Shown: positions 23,101-37,750, numbered from the stretch's first letter. The stretch is DNA of 64,000 bases from Octopus bimaculoides (GCF_001194135.2 NC_068992.1:6409572-6473571); one strand, 5' to 3'. Translations and numbers: made by a program. The notes: a model not told the origin generated them from the letters alone.

Positions 23101-23689
23101 TAAACTTACAATTATAACACAGAACTCACGACAAATACTTGAAGAAAACCTATAAACTTTCGTTCCGTTTAGTCAGTTTAATACGCTAAAATAAATGAAG
23201 TTGACTTTTACTTTTTATTGCTGTCATTGTTTGGCTTCAACTCACCCCTGATGGCATACCTCCTAGCGGTGAACATCTCACTTTGTCAAACAGTTTATCT
23301 TAGACAAGTTTATTCAAAATATCTTTATTTTTACATTGATTTTACTGTTATTTCTGGCGAATCAAATAATGACTGAAAGAATCCTTCATTGATCTGTAGG
23401 TATATTTGCATACATGTCACAATTACTTAACCCCCAACAGAGACTTTTTCAAGCAATTCTATGATTGAAAGCCATAATATTGGTGACCATCCCATCTTTT
23501 TATATAGTGATTATCTCAAAGGACATTAGTGAAAACGTGATTTTCTTTTAAGTAACTACACGGTTCGTTTTCAGAAAGATTTGGCTGTTATGTTTGGTAA
23601 GTCAAATCGACCACATAGAGGTTCCCACATTAGTGCCTCTTTCAGTATCAGGCAGTACATCACTTTGTGCTACCCTGTGTAATGAGGGA

Positions 23690-23830
23690 GAGATATACGG
23701 AAGGCAATTGGGGCATAGAATATTAGAGGTTCCCTAACTGAGCCGTTTAAAGCAGAGGAGATAAATACAGGATTCACTCCAACACTGCTGGAGAAAATTA
23801 TCCTATCAAGAGACCAAAGGAGAGAAAATG
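23690..23830 (+). mobile_element. Possible R4/Dong-type LINE C-terminal remnant
   Basis: AIGA*NIRGSLTEPFKAEEINTGFTPTLLEKIILS loosely resembles the R4 'IGALG..P..L......LLQK..LLGT' end. Confidence 0.3.
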
Positions 23831-25437
23831 GAAAACTACGCAACTAGTTGATTATCACTGGATAATTTCCCTATTGTGTTGCATGTTTCTTTTATCCAAG
23901 AGATCATAAATCCAATATCCAAAAATATATTTGTGCATAAATGATGTACATACCAATGTCGTGTTTCACTTCTGTTGTTTTTGTTATTGTGATGTGGTTG
24001 TGATGGTTACCGTTATTATGGTCGTTCTTCTGCAGCATCGAATCAGCCCTTATTGAGCACAATTGTGAACAAAACATTCAAAGTGAAACTATCCATCCTG
24101 TTTGTTTATCTAGGAATATGTTGTCCAATGTGAACATTTTCTTTTAAGACAACAGTGTGTGATTTGAGGAAGAATGTCCTTTGTTTCAAACGCATTCAGC
24201 GAGCACATGGAGTCTTCTTTTGTTAACTCAAGAAGACTATTGTCTATGGCTTCTAACGTATTTTGCTGCTCGTCGGGTAATCAGTTTCTTCATTCAAACA
24301 ACACCATTATCTAAGGAAGAGTTACCTTAATAAATGCAGTACTATTCTATTATGCAGGAGTACATCCTTATCTTAGGCAAGAGTATATGATCTAACACAA
24401 ATGTACATTATGTGATTTAAGAATGGATTATCTAACGCGGGTGTAAATTAACGCAAGAGCGTATTATCTAATACAGAACTCTACGTATTTAATCCATCAA
24501 ACTTTTTCAAAGATATTAAGGTGTAACCTGAGGATTAATTTTACTGCTATTCCTGGCAGGTTGAATGCCCACATAAAAGTTAACGCATCTAACACCCGGT
24601 ATGTCTTGGAGTGAGAGATATTTGCTGACATGTTTAAACGTCATAAAAGTCTTCTAATTCATTCATTTAAATACCTTAATAAACCAGTGAATAGCTAGGG
24701 TTGTTGTAGTTATTCTCCGATTTGGGTATTGCAAGAGGTATAAAGACAGCATTTGTAAAAGGATCTTCTGTGTGTAGGTACTTTAATCAAATACAGGGCG
24801 GCTCAAATAAAGCAGCTAATTTTATTTGGCATATATGTTGTAATATCCAATATATGTACATGATAGTTTTGCATAATATTTATTACAATAATATTAATTT
24901 AAATCTTCATGATTTGATAATCTTGTAATTGTGTAGTTTTAAAAATCTATTGGTATGTAATTTTGAAGGCTTTTTCATAGTAAATGAACGTTCAAAATAT
25001 GCAGTATGGTTTCCCCAGATGACAAACAGTTTTCCTTGATCGAACAGTCAGTTCTAAATGATAATACTGGAAGGAAGGCTTGGGTGGGAATTTGAAAGAC
25101 TAGATGTGGAGCAAGAACTAACTAGACAGTGTTAATAATTCAACGAAGACCATAATGAATTCATGGAATTTCGTTTATTTCAGGTATAAATCAAGACAGA
25201 CAAAGTTAGATACTGCTACTGTTTAAAATTAAGTCACCAAAATTAAGTATATGACATGTTGATATGATTCTCAGATTGTCATACGGAATGATTTTTGCTG
25301 AATATATTGCTAACTAAATTTTACTCTTTTATCTAACTCACCCTCCATTAGAGCTTGAGATGAGTTTAGTCTCCACTAGGTTTATATGAAATGTTAGATC
25401 TGAACTAAGGTTTAAATCTGTTGCTATTATTGTTTCA

Positions 25438-25510
25438 CCCCAGGTCAGCTCTGAAGGAGCAGGCCTATACTTCGATAAAAAAAGTGTTCTGGACGTGATT
25501 ATCTCAAAGT
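25438..25510 (+). mobile_element. Dispersed repeat family C fragment
   Basis: CCCAGGTCAGCTCTGAAGGAGCAG...GTTCTGGACGTGA. Related degenerate copies at about 2975-3045, 4345-4395, 24035-24100, 29195-29235, 29835-29890, 47886-47930, 48840-48910 and 52160-52240 on both strands. Confidence 0.6.
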
Positions 25511-26098
25511 GTTTGTCCTCGATATAGTGTACCTAATGATACATTGATAAATTCCCTCTCCTTTAACTCTTTCGGAAGTAATGCAAGTGAGATTTAGTTA
25601 TTTCCATACAAGGTGATTGATGACTCCGAAGTTTCCTCCTTGTCTCAGTGCCACCCGTTGGTTGGACGTGGGTTGATGTAGATAATGTCATCTCTTTTGG
25701 AGAGGTGTTGTGTAGTCCGGTTAGGACGGTGTACTGCGGTATCTCGCTATGCTGTGAGCAGAGCTATATCACGGAGGTGTCTGATCGGCCGTTTCACACC
25801 CTCGCTAATGCCATTTTCACAAGCTCTACTAACAAGTTACTCTGCTGCACAAACTTCTGGACGATGGTATTTTTGCTATAAAAGACTTAGCAACCAGTCT
25901 ACGAAAGATAGTGATTACTAATAAGCCTCCTTGTAGGCATGAGTGGATTCCTTACATGAACTGCGATAGAATGATTGAATGTGATGTCTATGCGCCATTT
26001 TAATCCCAAAAGATGTTTTATCGAAAGAAAACTATCTTGAATTTGTTTATAAACTGCTTATTAATATACTTATGAGCATTATTATTATTTTTTCGTAA

Positions 26099-26223
26099 TT
26101 GTATTTGTCTACGTATTGTGCACATATATACACATATGTACATATATATAAATATACATATATTCATACACATATATATATATATATATATGCATGTGTG
26201 TATATATATATGTATTTATACAT

Positions 26224-26287
<64 letters not shown>

Positions 26288-26340
26288 ATGTCTATCTATT
26301 TATATACATGCACACACCCACACACACGTACACATATATT
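26099..26340. repeat. Compound (TA)n/(CA)n microsatellite
   Basis: Read directly from the sequence. Confidence 0.95.
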
Positions 26341-28529
26341 ATTTTCTTGATAACTATAGCGTAATGCTAATGTAGTACTTAGAAAAGTAAGTTCACGTGT
26401 CTGTATGTATGTATCTATTGGAAATACAGTGAGAACAATAACAGAGAGAGTAAAAGAAGAGTGCAAGTATGGTTATGTGTGTATATGTGTATGTGTGCGT
26501 GTGTGCGTTTGCTTTGTGTTACATCATTGTATTAGCATGTGAGCCAACCTATAGCAAGTTAGCTGAATTTACATTCCATGCATGAGTCGATATCAGACAT
26601 GTTCTTAGCAAAAAAACAAAAAATAACAAAAAAAAATAATAATAATATCGATTAATTGATTCTTTTAACGTTGCACTGATTTCAGTAGTAATAATGACAT
26701 CAGATAAATTCTCTCCTAACAGCTGGTGAAGAAATCAGTGTGTGAGAGAATATACTATCGTTCCCTTACTTGCCCAGTCTTACTGTTCGATAAAAATTCA
26801 CCAATCTGATGACTGCATTTAGATCAAAAAGGTTTTATTGAAATTAAACGAATGTTAAAAAGAAAATAAACAGAAAATATTATAGACAAAGTCTAGTCTT
26901 GGTTTGGGGGTATCCAATTCAATCTAATCTAAATCTCTTTAATGCGAATGAACGGATCTAAATGTGTGCACAAGAATAGCAAAGTTATTAATATTAAATA
27001 TGATGTTATTGAGGCAGACGGCAACTTGGTAGAACTATTAGAACAGCCGATAGATTTCCACTCGGGTTTCGTTCTGGTTCTTTGCACTTTGAATTCAAAT
27101 CACAATGAGGTCAATGATCCTTTCATCTTTTCAAAGTCGATAAGTAAAGCAACAGTTTATGGGAATGCGTTATCGGAATAATTGTTAGAGTTTTAGACAA
27201 GATACTCTGTCCCGATAGTTTACGTTATGATTTTAATTCTGCTAATAACCAGCGCTAATCATCCGTCCACACAAGAGCTCCGTTTAACCCAAAATTTCAC
27301 CCAGATAATGGATCGAAAATTTTTGTATCGAGTAGAATAACTAAAGAACCTGAGTATACACAGAGAAAGGGTCCCTTAGGGCAAAGTATATAAATTGACA
27401 AGTGTTTCGTAAGGAATGATAGGTAAGAAACACTTAGTGAGACATGAAGTTAGAAGCAAGGGAGGATATATTAAATATAATAAAACATTGTAGTCCTCTA
27501 GTCTAGAGTTTTATCCGTACTTATTCACACAAAACAACGAAGCAAAGATTGGATTCTAGCATTAGGGCAAGACTATGAACTTTTGAGATAGAATATAACT
27601 AACCAAACCCTAACAAATTAGAACTGCTTACTTTATCCATCAATTAATCAATATATGATAGGATTCAGGATATTCTTTTCTGACCCTATCAGGTCGACTA
27701 AGGACTTCTGGTTACCTCCTTGAGAATCCATACAAGCTTGTCATGGAGGTTTCATAGGGAATAGAATGATGATTTCCAAATTGCTTTCATTCAGGTGTTG
27801 TTTACAAACAGCATCTTGCGGGATATAGCAAATTCTGAGAGTGAGAGAGAAAGAGACGAGAAGAAAGAAAAATCGTCCCCAATACTTGACTATTATTGTA
27901 CTTATCGGCATCGAAGACGTGAAAGTAAACTGAAATTGTCATGTTTAAATATATCATTATCCAGTACTGATTTCGAAAGCATGAAAAATGACGTTGACCT
28001 TCGCGAGATTTGAACTCTAATCGACGAGAACTGAAACTAATGTAGCAAGGAATTAATCTAACTTCGCTTTAATGACGCTACACATTTGCTACGAGATCAG
28101 GACATAAAGGGACGCAACCAAATGCTTTCTATATATTTCGTTTCACGTGATCCGAACTTTTCCACTGAAAGCAACAGCGAATTATCTTCTTGCTATGACT
28201 TCTCTTTTGAATTGTTTTGTTTTTACAATTAATGAAAGCTAAATTTTCATTTTGTTGAGATATTATCTATGACGTGTCAGGAATCGATCAGAATTGCATG
28301 AATTATTTAGACCCTTGTACTAATTTAATAATTATTACAGAGTCACAAAGTTCCATGTTTAAATATTCATATCTTTTCTTCATACTATAATCGGCATAAT
28401 AGACTTGCATACTTATTAATTTCTAATTTGTGATGTGACACGCTCATTGCAGGACACAGTTTAGATCAAAGCATTTATGTACAGAAACATTTTTAGAATA
28501 TTGTAGATATAGTCGCAGGCAAGGATGTG

Positions 28530-28690
28530 TGATTAGCAAGTTCACATGACAATCACATCGTCAGTGATCCGATCCCATTGCACCACATCTCGGACGAATG
28601 ACCTCTACACTAGCCCTCGACCGACAAATGCTCTGTATGTAAATTTGTTTGGCGGAAACTGTGTTGAATCTAGTCTTATGTCTTAGAAAG
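28530..28690 (+). mobile_element. Old SINE family A 5' fragment
   Basis: GATCCCATTGCACCACATCTCGG...CTCTACACTAGCCCTCGACCGACAAATGCTCTGT...GGCGGAAACTGTG aligns loosely to 17330-17440. Confidence 0.55.
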
Positions 28691-30138
28691 TTGATTCTTT
28701 GTATGAAAATAATGACTTTTATTTCACACTAAAAAACCCGAAATTACTTTCTTGCTAACCTAATAACAACATATTCCGGCAGCGGCTAGTGATAAGTCCA
28801 AATGCATTTCTGCCTTCTGAGGCTTGTCAATGTTGAGTATTTGCATTCATATGCCTAAACGAAATTTCTCGTTTCCAATAAATAAAGCAGTGGTTAATAC
28901 ATTAACTGATATTACGATTACACGATGGGTTGAATCAGCATAGGTTAAAATATCCATCATGTATCATACTTAACGTGTATACACCGCTCGTACTATCTTG
29001 CCCGTCAGAGGAGAAAATGCGGTAAGCATGATCTATTTATAAGCATTTCACTTCACTCAGCCCATTCTCTTTGATCTATGGCTTCTACAAGTTATTCGCT
29101 CTGTTATGAATATTAGCCAAATCTCTCTAAAAGTAAACCCTATCCTCTTGAAAATATAATCATCGAACACATTTCTGTGTTCTTTACTCGTAAGAAAAAG
29201 ACGGGATGGTCACAGCTGGAATACATTCTGATTTTGTTAAAACCAAAATATCATATCTCATATACCGGCATTTAGTATGAAAATGAGTGGAAATTGCAAA
29301 TTAGATACATTGGATGAGATACACTTCATTTCCCTCATCACCCATAATAGAGTTGCTCAAATCGTAATATACAATTAGAACACTAATTAATATAAATGAA
29401 CCCATTCGGATTTGGTTATTAGGGAATGGCTTGCAAGTAAACCATCATTAATAAACTTAATCTATTACAGCAAATTATTATTTCGTTAATGTCATTGCTT
29501 GACGCTCTTGAATAAATCCCAGAATTTTAGAAGCTTCCGATTATCACCACAGACACTAGCTACCTTTCATTAACAGGGAGACTTTTAACATGCATTATCT
29601 GACATTAATGATCCTTAATGTAGTTACTCTACCTGTTAGAAGTAGTAAGCATATCTTCCTAAGATTAAACCTTATCATCTTTCAAAAGGTATCATTGAAA
29701 TGCGTACACTTAGTTTCCCTGCATTTAAGGAAATTACAGGATGATCCCATAATGCAATGGTTTGGTCATAGGACATCTTGGTCAGAGTTGAAGTGAGAGT
29801 AAATAACGAGTTGTTTTTGTTGTTGTTCTCCATCTTCATTCAGCTAATCTATAAACATGAGCATTCCAGCTGTGAAGAACCCATCATTTTCTCAGGCATA
29901 CAACTACATTATCCGATATACTATTCCTTATATGTAAGAAAGTAGGAGTCGATTGAGATTTTTTGTGTTTTATCTAGCAATTCAAACGAGTAAATAGAGG
30001 TAGGTCCAGTCATTAGTTTAATTATATGGTAATTGGAAAAAGGTAAATAGGTTCAGATATTTTCCAATTTTTCATTATAATAACTGGATGTAGTTTGTAC
30101 TACTCACAAGTGAACTGATCATTTGCTTGTAAATACAA

Positions 30139-30139
<1 letters not shown>

Positions 30140-30204
<65 letters not shown>

Positions 30205-30238
30205 GTGTGTTTGTGTGTGTGTGTGTGTGCTTGTGTGT
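30140..30238. repeat. (TG)n microsatellite, ~98 bp
   Basis: Read directly from the sequence; alternating purine-pyrimidine tract. Confidence 0.98.
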
Positions 30239-31119
30239 TGTAAAAATTTTTTGAATATAAAATTTTAATTATCTTGTTAAGACCTTTAGTCTCTGAACCA
30301 TAAAATATGAGTAAATATCAGTTGTGTGGACATAAATCAAATGAATTTACAAGTCACGCATTCTAGTTTCGAACCAAACAGGAGAAAGTAGAAAAATGTA
30401 GAAAGAAAGCCTGAGATCTAATCAAATCACTCCAAAATAGAGACAGAAAGAATCAGTGAAATGTCTTAATTTATGATCTTTAATTGTTGTCTACAAAGTC
30501 AACGAAAAGTTTTGAGGAGTGTAGTGTTTTTACCACTTGCTCTTTCACATGTTTTATTTAGGTAGACGACTGATTTAAATATCAAGCAGTTATTGGATGC
30601 TGTTACCCTGATAAATACAACAGATTAAAAGTTACACAGAGAAATCTAAAATGAACTCGAGTGGCTGAACAAAGAGAAATGTTAAGACTTCGTGTATATG
30701 AATACGAAGAGATTTTTCTAAAGATTTCAAAACTTTCGGAACATTCTGCCGCTTCTAGAATTGCATATACGTATCTGTTTTCTATTGATTTTTCTCAGAT
30801 TTTGAAAGGAACAAAGTTTCAGATTTATGAGTCTGGGGAAAAATGAGATTCTCTGTCGTTCATGCCTATTCTCAGAAAATGTTCTACGCAAATTGAATTA
30901 AGTAGCCACAACAAGGAATTGAAATGAGTCAGGTATTGGATCACAAGGAATATTAAATCATAAACCATTGTTTGGCATGTTAAGCAGAGACAAGATGTCA
31001 AACTGTGAAGCATACATATATCTTTCACAAATAAATGTTACGTGTAGAATATATGTAGAGGCCAGCTGATATTTCGTTCCATTTAATCTGTACGAATATG
31101 TTTTGTTTTCTCTCACTTA

Positions 31120-31130
31120 CACTCTTTCTT

Positions 31131-31219
<89 letters not shown>

Positions 31220-31230
31220 CTATTTCTCTC
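31120..31230. repeat. (TC)n microsatellite
   Basis: Read directly from the sequence. Confidence 0.98.
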
Positions 31231-34119
31231 ATCTATATCTGCATCATACTTTTTCTTATAGTTTCACACCTTTCCCCCTTTTCCAGTTTCATAATTTTCT
31301 TGTTTTATAACACTTTCCAGGATAATAATTCTTTTCTATTTTACCACTTTTCTTGTCTAACGTCTTTTTCTTGTATCCTTATCTTTTTCCTTGTTTTCGA
31401 CAAATATAATGTCATCATTGTCGCCATCTTTTAATCTATCGCACTAAATACAACTCGATATACACCAATCTACCTCTTAGATTATTATTCCGAGAGGAAC
31501 ACACATCATATATGACTATTGGATTAAATTATAATTTCCATAAATGTTAACATATTTTAGTCATGCTATCCAATAACTTCTGTGTTAAAACTAAAGATGA
31601 TTACTGAACATGAATTTGGCAGGCAAGAGTGTATTTATTTCCTTTTTGATTAACGCGAATCGCTAGTTACACCATTGTTAAAATATCTTGTTCGCTTTTC
31701 TCTGTGTGGGTGTATGTATCGCTATGCTATTTAGGAAAACAAAGATGGTGTTGTATAGGAAATTCTCTGACATTGCTTCCAGGATGTACAACATGATATA
31801 TGAATTATTAAATTAAGTTGTAGCTGTAAACATATTTTAACATTATATTTTGAATACGAATAAACAATGAGTTTTTCCTCACGTTCACATATTTACACTA
31901 ACAATATTTTTCAATGGTTTCTTTCATGTAGCTTTGTTGTATGTTCTTTTACTTTATAATTCCGTAACTATTTCTTGTTAGCAAATACCAGCTATCCCTA
32001 AGTCTGTCAAGATTTTAAATCTCATTTCTCTATGACTTCTTTCTGCGCTCTTTTTCTACATTTATATATTTCATTTGTTGTGTCGGAAATACGTTGTCTA
32101 AAAGTCTTTTCTTTTCCTGACATCTTTTGTTGTCATTTTGACTTTCATTTTTTTTTTCCATCTGCTAGGAACGCTTTGGTGACAGTTTTCTTTCCTCTAT
32201 ATCTTCATTGCGCTGATTACTTACTCTCTTTCTCATTGCCAAAGTTAAGTCAGTTATAATTCCCATGTTGTCTATTTGTGTGTTGTAGGATCCGATTAGC
32301 ATATTGTTGAAGGGTCTTGTCCATTTGTACTTAAGGCTGTTTCTCTGTTGAATCGATTTTTTTTCACAAGTCGACAATGGGAGAACAATCAGTTCCAATG
32401 AGAAATATTCTTTCCTTTTACATCTTCTTTTATCCAGTCATTTCTCAATGCTGTTTTTGTTATTTCATTTTTCCCCACCTTTCTGTTTACTGTTCCTGGG
32501 ACCATTTCTATTCTTATCTAGAAAGTTCCTTCAGACCAATCTTATTTTCTATCAAATTTTTCAGTTTCTGAAGAGTTACCTTCTGTTTTGCCGACTTGTT
32601 TTTGGTGGTGAAACATCAAATACTTCGTGATCATGATGACAGCGTCTGAATATGTACGTGGTGTTTCTTTGTTACCTCTTGATGCAGTGTGCTTTTAATC
32701 TGTTTGCGAATCTTTTCACTTCTCCAACTCAATTTTTCCAACTCTGCCAATTGCACGTTCGCGCATAGGTAGTCAGTTTAATCTCTGACTGCTGTTGTTG
32801 GATTCTGATTGGTATTACTACAGTTTTTTTTTTATCATTTGTATTTTTTTTTGTGTGTGTATCTTGTTCTTCGTCAATGCACAGGTAAATCTCTCCACTC
32901 TAGGGAATTTTTCAAGTAATGCAACACATGATCTTTCAGAGAAGAATTCTTTTTCTTTTTCATGTATTTTCATCGTCATTGGCACATTCCTATGTAGACT
33001 CAGGAGCTGGTAAACATGTCTTATAATTAAACATCCATGCAAGTGTTCATTCACATGAAGAGGTATACTTTAAAAACATATACGTATCGCAAATTCATTG
33101 ACATCCATGTATACATATATGTGCGTGTGTGTGTGTGTACGTGTGTACTCATGTGTGAATGTGTGTGCATGTATGTATGTATGTATGTACGTGTGTGTAT
33201 GTAAGTTTGAGAAAATGTACTCAGAGTTCTGTCGTCATTGGTGGTGGTGGGGGGTGTGGTGGGGGTGTGGGNNNNNNNNNNNNNNNNNNNNNNNNNNNNN
33301 NNNNNNNNNNNNNNNNNNNNNNNNNNNNNNNNNNNNNNNNNNNNNNNNNNNNNNNNNNNNNNNNNNNNNNNNNNNNNNNNNNNNNNNNNNNNGGGGGGGG
33401 GGTCCCGCAGGCACTGCTGGTGGTTCTGGTGGTAACGGTGAATTTTTTATGAATACTACCTGTGTTTTATACCCGGCATTCGTAATACGTCTCCATACAT
33501 TTTCATAGCTTTTCATATTCTGCTGTTATTTATGTATGACATATCAATTAGAACGAAGTCATAGATTTAATTTTTCTTTTTATATCATTGTCCGATGTCT
33601 GGCTGATATGCAGCAATTATCTTATCAGTTAGTATACTGGTATTCTTTATGTGGCCGGTTTATATCATTTATAACAATTTATGAACTATTACTGTTTGAA
33701 ATTGTTATTGCTCTAACTAACGACGTACCTATCAACGTCAGTGTCACGGTTTAGAGATATTGGTTTAAAATTTTGCCTCAATGCGTGCAGCTTAAGGTGA
33801 GGTTTAAATTGAGTACATCGACCCAGTGGTTCCTCTAACATTTTAGTTTTTCATGCTAGTAAAATATACTTTGAAGGTTAGTTCTGTGTGTGTTTTACAC
33901 AATAAGCAGATATTAATGAAACTGCTGTGTATCTTCGTGCTAATTACATCAGATCCTACCCCAGTTGGTTTATATCATTGTAAATCCAATAAAAGAGAAA
34001 GCTTTGTGTACGGATATCAATATTTTGGATCTCAAATATTTTCTTGTCGATTATATCGAAGTTTATATAATAGAGGTCTGGTGAAGATTTTCTGTACCAC
34101 TGCTTCAAGAACCTACTGT

Positions 34120-34868
34120 GTTAATGTATCACTGTAATAACGCACTGAATCAGTAATATTGTATCCCACTGTGTCAATCTACCGAGAGAATGTACTGAGA
34201 ACCTACTGAGTCATTATACTTATACTCCGCTATCGGAAAGTATTGATTGCCCACTGCATTAATGTATTGATAGGCCACTGTGTCAATATACTGATATTAC
34301 ACTATGTCAATACATTATTACCCTACCATGTTAATATATTGACGTCTCACAATTTCAATATATTGGTATCTTACTGGCTCAGTATATTCATGCAGCACTG
34401 TTTCATTATATTGATAACCCATGTGTTAATGTATCGATAGCTCACCGTACCAATATATTGATAACCCAACCTGTCAATATATTGACACCTAACTGCGTCA
34501 ACGTAGCATTATTTATAAAATGAGTAGGGAAAATTTGCCCAAGAATGTCTGCTGCATAAAGACGTATGTCATGGCGTCATGAAATTTTAATTAATGCAAA
34601 TTTCTTGAATTACTCGATAATCTACTCTATCAAAATATTCATGTCACATTGTGTTAATACTTTACTCTATCAGTGTTTCGAATGCATCAGCGTATTGATG
34701 CTCCGCTGAGTAAAAGTATTGAGAGCCCAGAGTTCCAATGTATCGATACGGCACTGTGGAAAAATATTGATATTTTGCTGTACCAATACATTCATACGCT
34801 TCCATATAAATGTATCGATATCCTTTGGATCAATCTATTGATAACCCACTGCGTTAATGTATCGTTAA
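34120..34868 (+). repeat. Degenerate 24-bp minisatellite (consensus ~NCCCACTGTGTCAATATATTGATA) in two blocks
   Basis: Exact 24-nt spacing of units at 34249, 34273, 34297, 34321, 34345, 34369, 34393 and 34417. A second block lies at about 34650-34868 after a ~145-bp interruption. Confidence 0.85.
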
Positions 34869-35274
34869 CGTTTGTAAAAATAAAAGCTGCTTGGATCCTT
34901 CGTCAGAATCCTTTTCTGATTATTGCTTTCATTGATTTCAATGATAGCAGATATCAGTAAATCAAGATAAAGATAGTTTTTTAATGCTATATAGCTACTT
35001 CCCTTTGCATTCTAAGTTCAAATCTCAATGGAATATATCTTTTCTTTCCCTGCGGATTCAATCGATAACATACGAATCAGTCAAGTGGGAGAGAAAATTA
35101 AACCAACTGAAATCCTCTTCGGAATGTGTGTCCTTGTGCTAAGGGGAGAAATCACAGGAAGACAATGATTCCTTTTGGAGAGAGAACTCCGAACGATTCC
35201 CAATTTATTGTAAGTCTCGGTTGAAACTCTATGGCAGACTTAAGCGTGTGTATATATATATATATATGATCAAA

Positions 35275-35575
35275 CTACTTCAGCTGTTAGAAAGCCAGTT
35301 GTGTATATGTGTGTGTTTCTGGGTGAGGGGGTGTGTACGTGTGTAAGTGTGCGTGTCAGTGCATGCGTGATCGTGTGTCTTTTTGTGTTTGTGGTGTTCC
35401 CCACCAACGCTAGACGACCGGGCTTCTTTACGTGCCCGTACCCTAGCGGTGGGCCAAAAGATATCGTTCTATTAAATACCATAGTTAAAAATAATAATTA
35501 TTGTGAATTTGTTCGACTAAAATCATCAAGGCGGTGCTCCAGCATTACCGTGACCCAATGAATAAGTAAAGAACT
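35275..35575 (+). mobile_element. Old SINE family A copy with internal (TG)n
   Basis: GAAAGCCAGTTGTGTATATGTGTG...CAAGGCGGTGCTCCAGCATTACCG...AAGTAAAGAA. Confidence 0.75.
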
Positions 35576-36002
35576 GAACGAAACATAAAGATACATGCAT
35601 TACTTATTTTCTTTGTTTCTATATTTTCACATACAGCTCATAGTTTCTTCATACCCCAAGCATCACTCAGCAACCGAATCGCAGGCAAACCATAAGTATA
35701 TATTTTTACTCTTGGGGATCTTCAAAACAAGCCATGAAGCGAAACGTAAGCGCTCTATATTTCTGATCAAATATCATACGTTATATTTGTGTTCATTTCC
35801 TTCATGAAGTTGACGTCATATGATTTAGCAACTATATATGTGTGTTTATATGTGTTCGTTTGTGTGCGAGTGTATGCGTATGCGAATGAAAATTTGCGTT
35901 TGGATGTATAGTTGTGTGCACTTATGTATTTATGGAAGTAATACTACACAAGTTAAGTGTTTTGTTTACGACAGTAATTTCATAATCTACCTCTTTTACT
36001 CT

Positions 36003-36065
<63 letters not shown>

Positions 36066-37276
36066 NNNNNNNNNNNNNNNNNNNNNNNNNNNNNNNNNNN
36101 NNNNNNNNNNNNNNNNNNNNNNNNNNNNNNNNNNNNNNNNNNNNNNNNNNNNNNNNNNNNNNNNNNNNNNNNNNNNNNNNNNNNNNNNNNNNNNNNNNNN
36201 NNNNNNNNNNNNNNNNNNNNNNNNNNNNNNNNNNNNNNNNNNNNNNNNNNNNNNNNNNNNNNNNNNNNNNNNNNNNNNNNNNNNNNNNNNNNNNNNNNNN
36301 NNNNNNNNNNNNNNNNNNNNNNNNNNNNNNNNNNNNNNNNNNNNNNNNNNNNNNNNNNNNNNNNNNNNNNNNNNNNNNNNNNNNNNNNNNNNNNNNNNNN
36401 NNNNNNNNNNNNNNNNNNNNNNNNNNNNNNNNNNNNNNNNNNNNNNNNNNNNNNNNNNNNNNNNNNNNNNNNNNNNNNNNNNNNNNNNNNNNNNNNNNNN
36501 NNNNNNNNNNNNNNNNNNNNNNNNNNNNNNNNNNNNNNNNNNNNNNNNNNNNNNNNNNNNNNNNNNNNNNNNNNNNNNNNNNNNNNNNNNNNNNNNNNNN
36601 NNNNNNNNNNNNNNNNNNNNNNNNNNNNNNNNNNNNNNNNNNNNNNNNNNNNNNNNNNNNNNNNNNNNNNNNNNNNNNNNNNNNNNNNNNNNNNNNNNNN
36701 NNNNNNNNNNNNNNNNNNNNNNNNNNNNNNNNNNNNNNNNNNNNNNNNNNNNNNNNNNNNNNNNNNNNNNNNNNNNNNNNNNNNNNNNNNATATATATAC
36801 CGATAAATTGATAGACGGGCAGACAGATAGCTAGACAGACAGAATTATGGGAACAGATTGACAAAGGGAAACAGGACTGAATAGGTATATAAAAAAAAAA
36901 GTATCAAGACATTTAATCTTAGGGTGGTGCTCTGTATATGTTGTACATGGCAGACAGAGAAGTAAATCAGGTTTGTACTCAATAAAGAAACAAATATAAT
37001 AAGTGAAAAGAATTGGCAGATAAATATTAAGAATTGTTAAATAGACAGGAAGTGTACGATAGAATACACGCTTATATGAAAATACTTAAAAGTAGGTTAC
37101 AAAAATTGAACCCTAACTCTCAATAAACATTCTAGATATTGTTGTGAATAGTCAAGGCGGATTTAAATCTGACAACCAAATGGTTTATATGATTATATAT
37201 TAGCATAACAATGTAATCGTTTATAATGGCTCCTGATAATACACTCGCACGCAGACACACACGCCGACGCATACAT

Positions 37277-37314
<38 letters not shown>

Positions 37315-37750
37315 NNNNNNNNNNNNNNNNNNNNNNNNNNNNNNNNNNNNNNNNNNNNNNNNNNNNNNNNNNNNNNNNNNNNNNNNNNNNNNNNNNNNNN
37401 NNNNNNNNNNNNNNNNNNNNNNNNNNNNNNNNNNNNNNNNNNNNNNNNNNNNNNNNNNNNNNNNNNNNNNNNNNNNNNNNNNNNNNNNNNNNNNNNNNNN
37501 NNNNNNNNNNNNNNNNNNNNNNNNNNNNNNNNNNNNNNNNNNNNNNNNNNNNNNNNNNNNNNNNNNNNNNNNNNNNNNNNNNNNNNNNNNNNNNNNNNNN
37601 NNNNNNNNNNNNNNNNNNNNNNNNNNNNNNNNNNNNNNNNNNNNNNNNNNNNNNNNNNNNNNNNNNNNNNNNNNNNNNNNNNNNNNNNNNNNNNNNNNNN
37701 NNNNNNNNNNNNNNNNNNNNNNNNNNNNNNNNNNNNNNNNNNNNNNNNNN

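Noticed and set aside
24803-24830. TACAGGGCGGCTCA, resembling a Tc1-type TIR start
   Set aside because: No matching inverted end or transposase found in the window.
31990-33060. A-rich minus strand suggestive of a LINE N-terminal remnant (e.g. RNDWIKEDV)
   Set aside because: No diagnostic motif could be assembled, so the family cannot be called.
33240-33405. G-run cluster with G-quadruplex potential
   Set aside because: Most of it is an N gap, so the real sequence cannot be evaluated.
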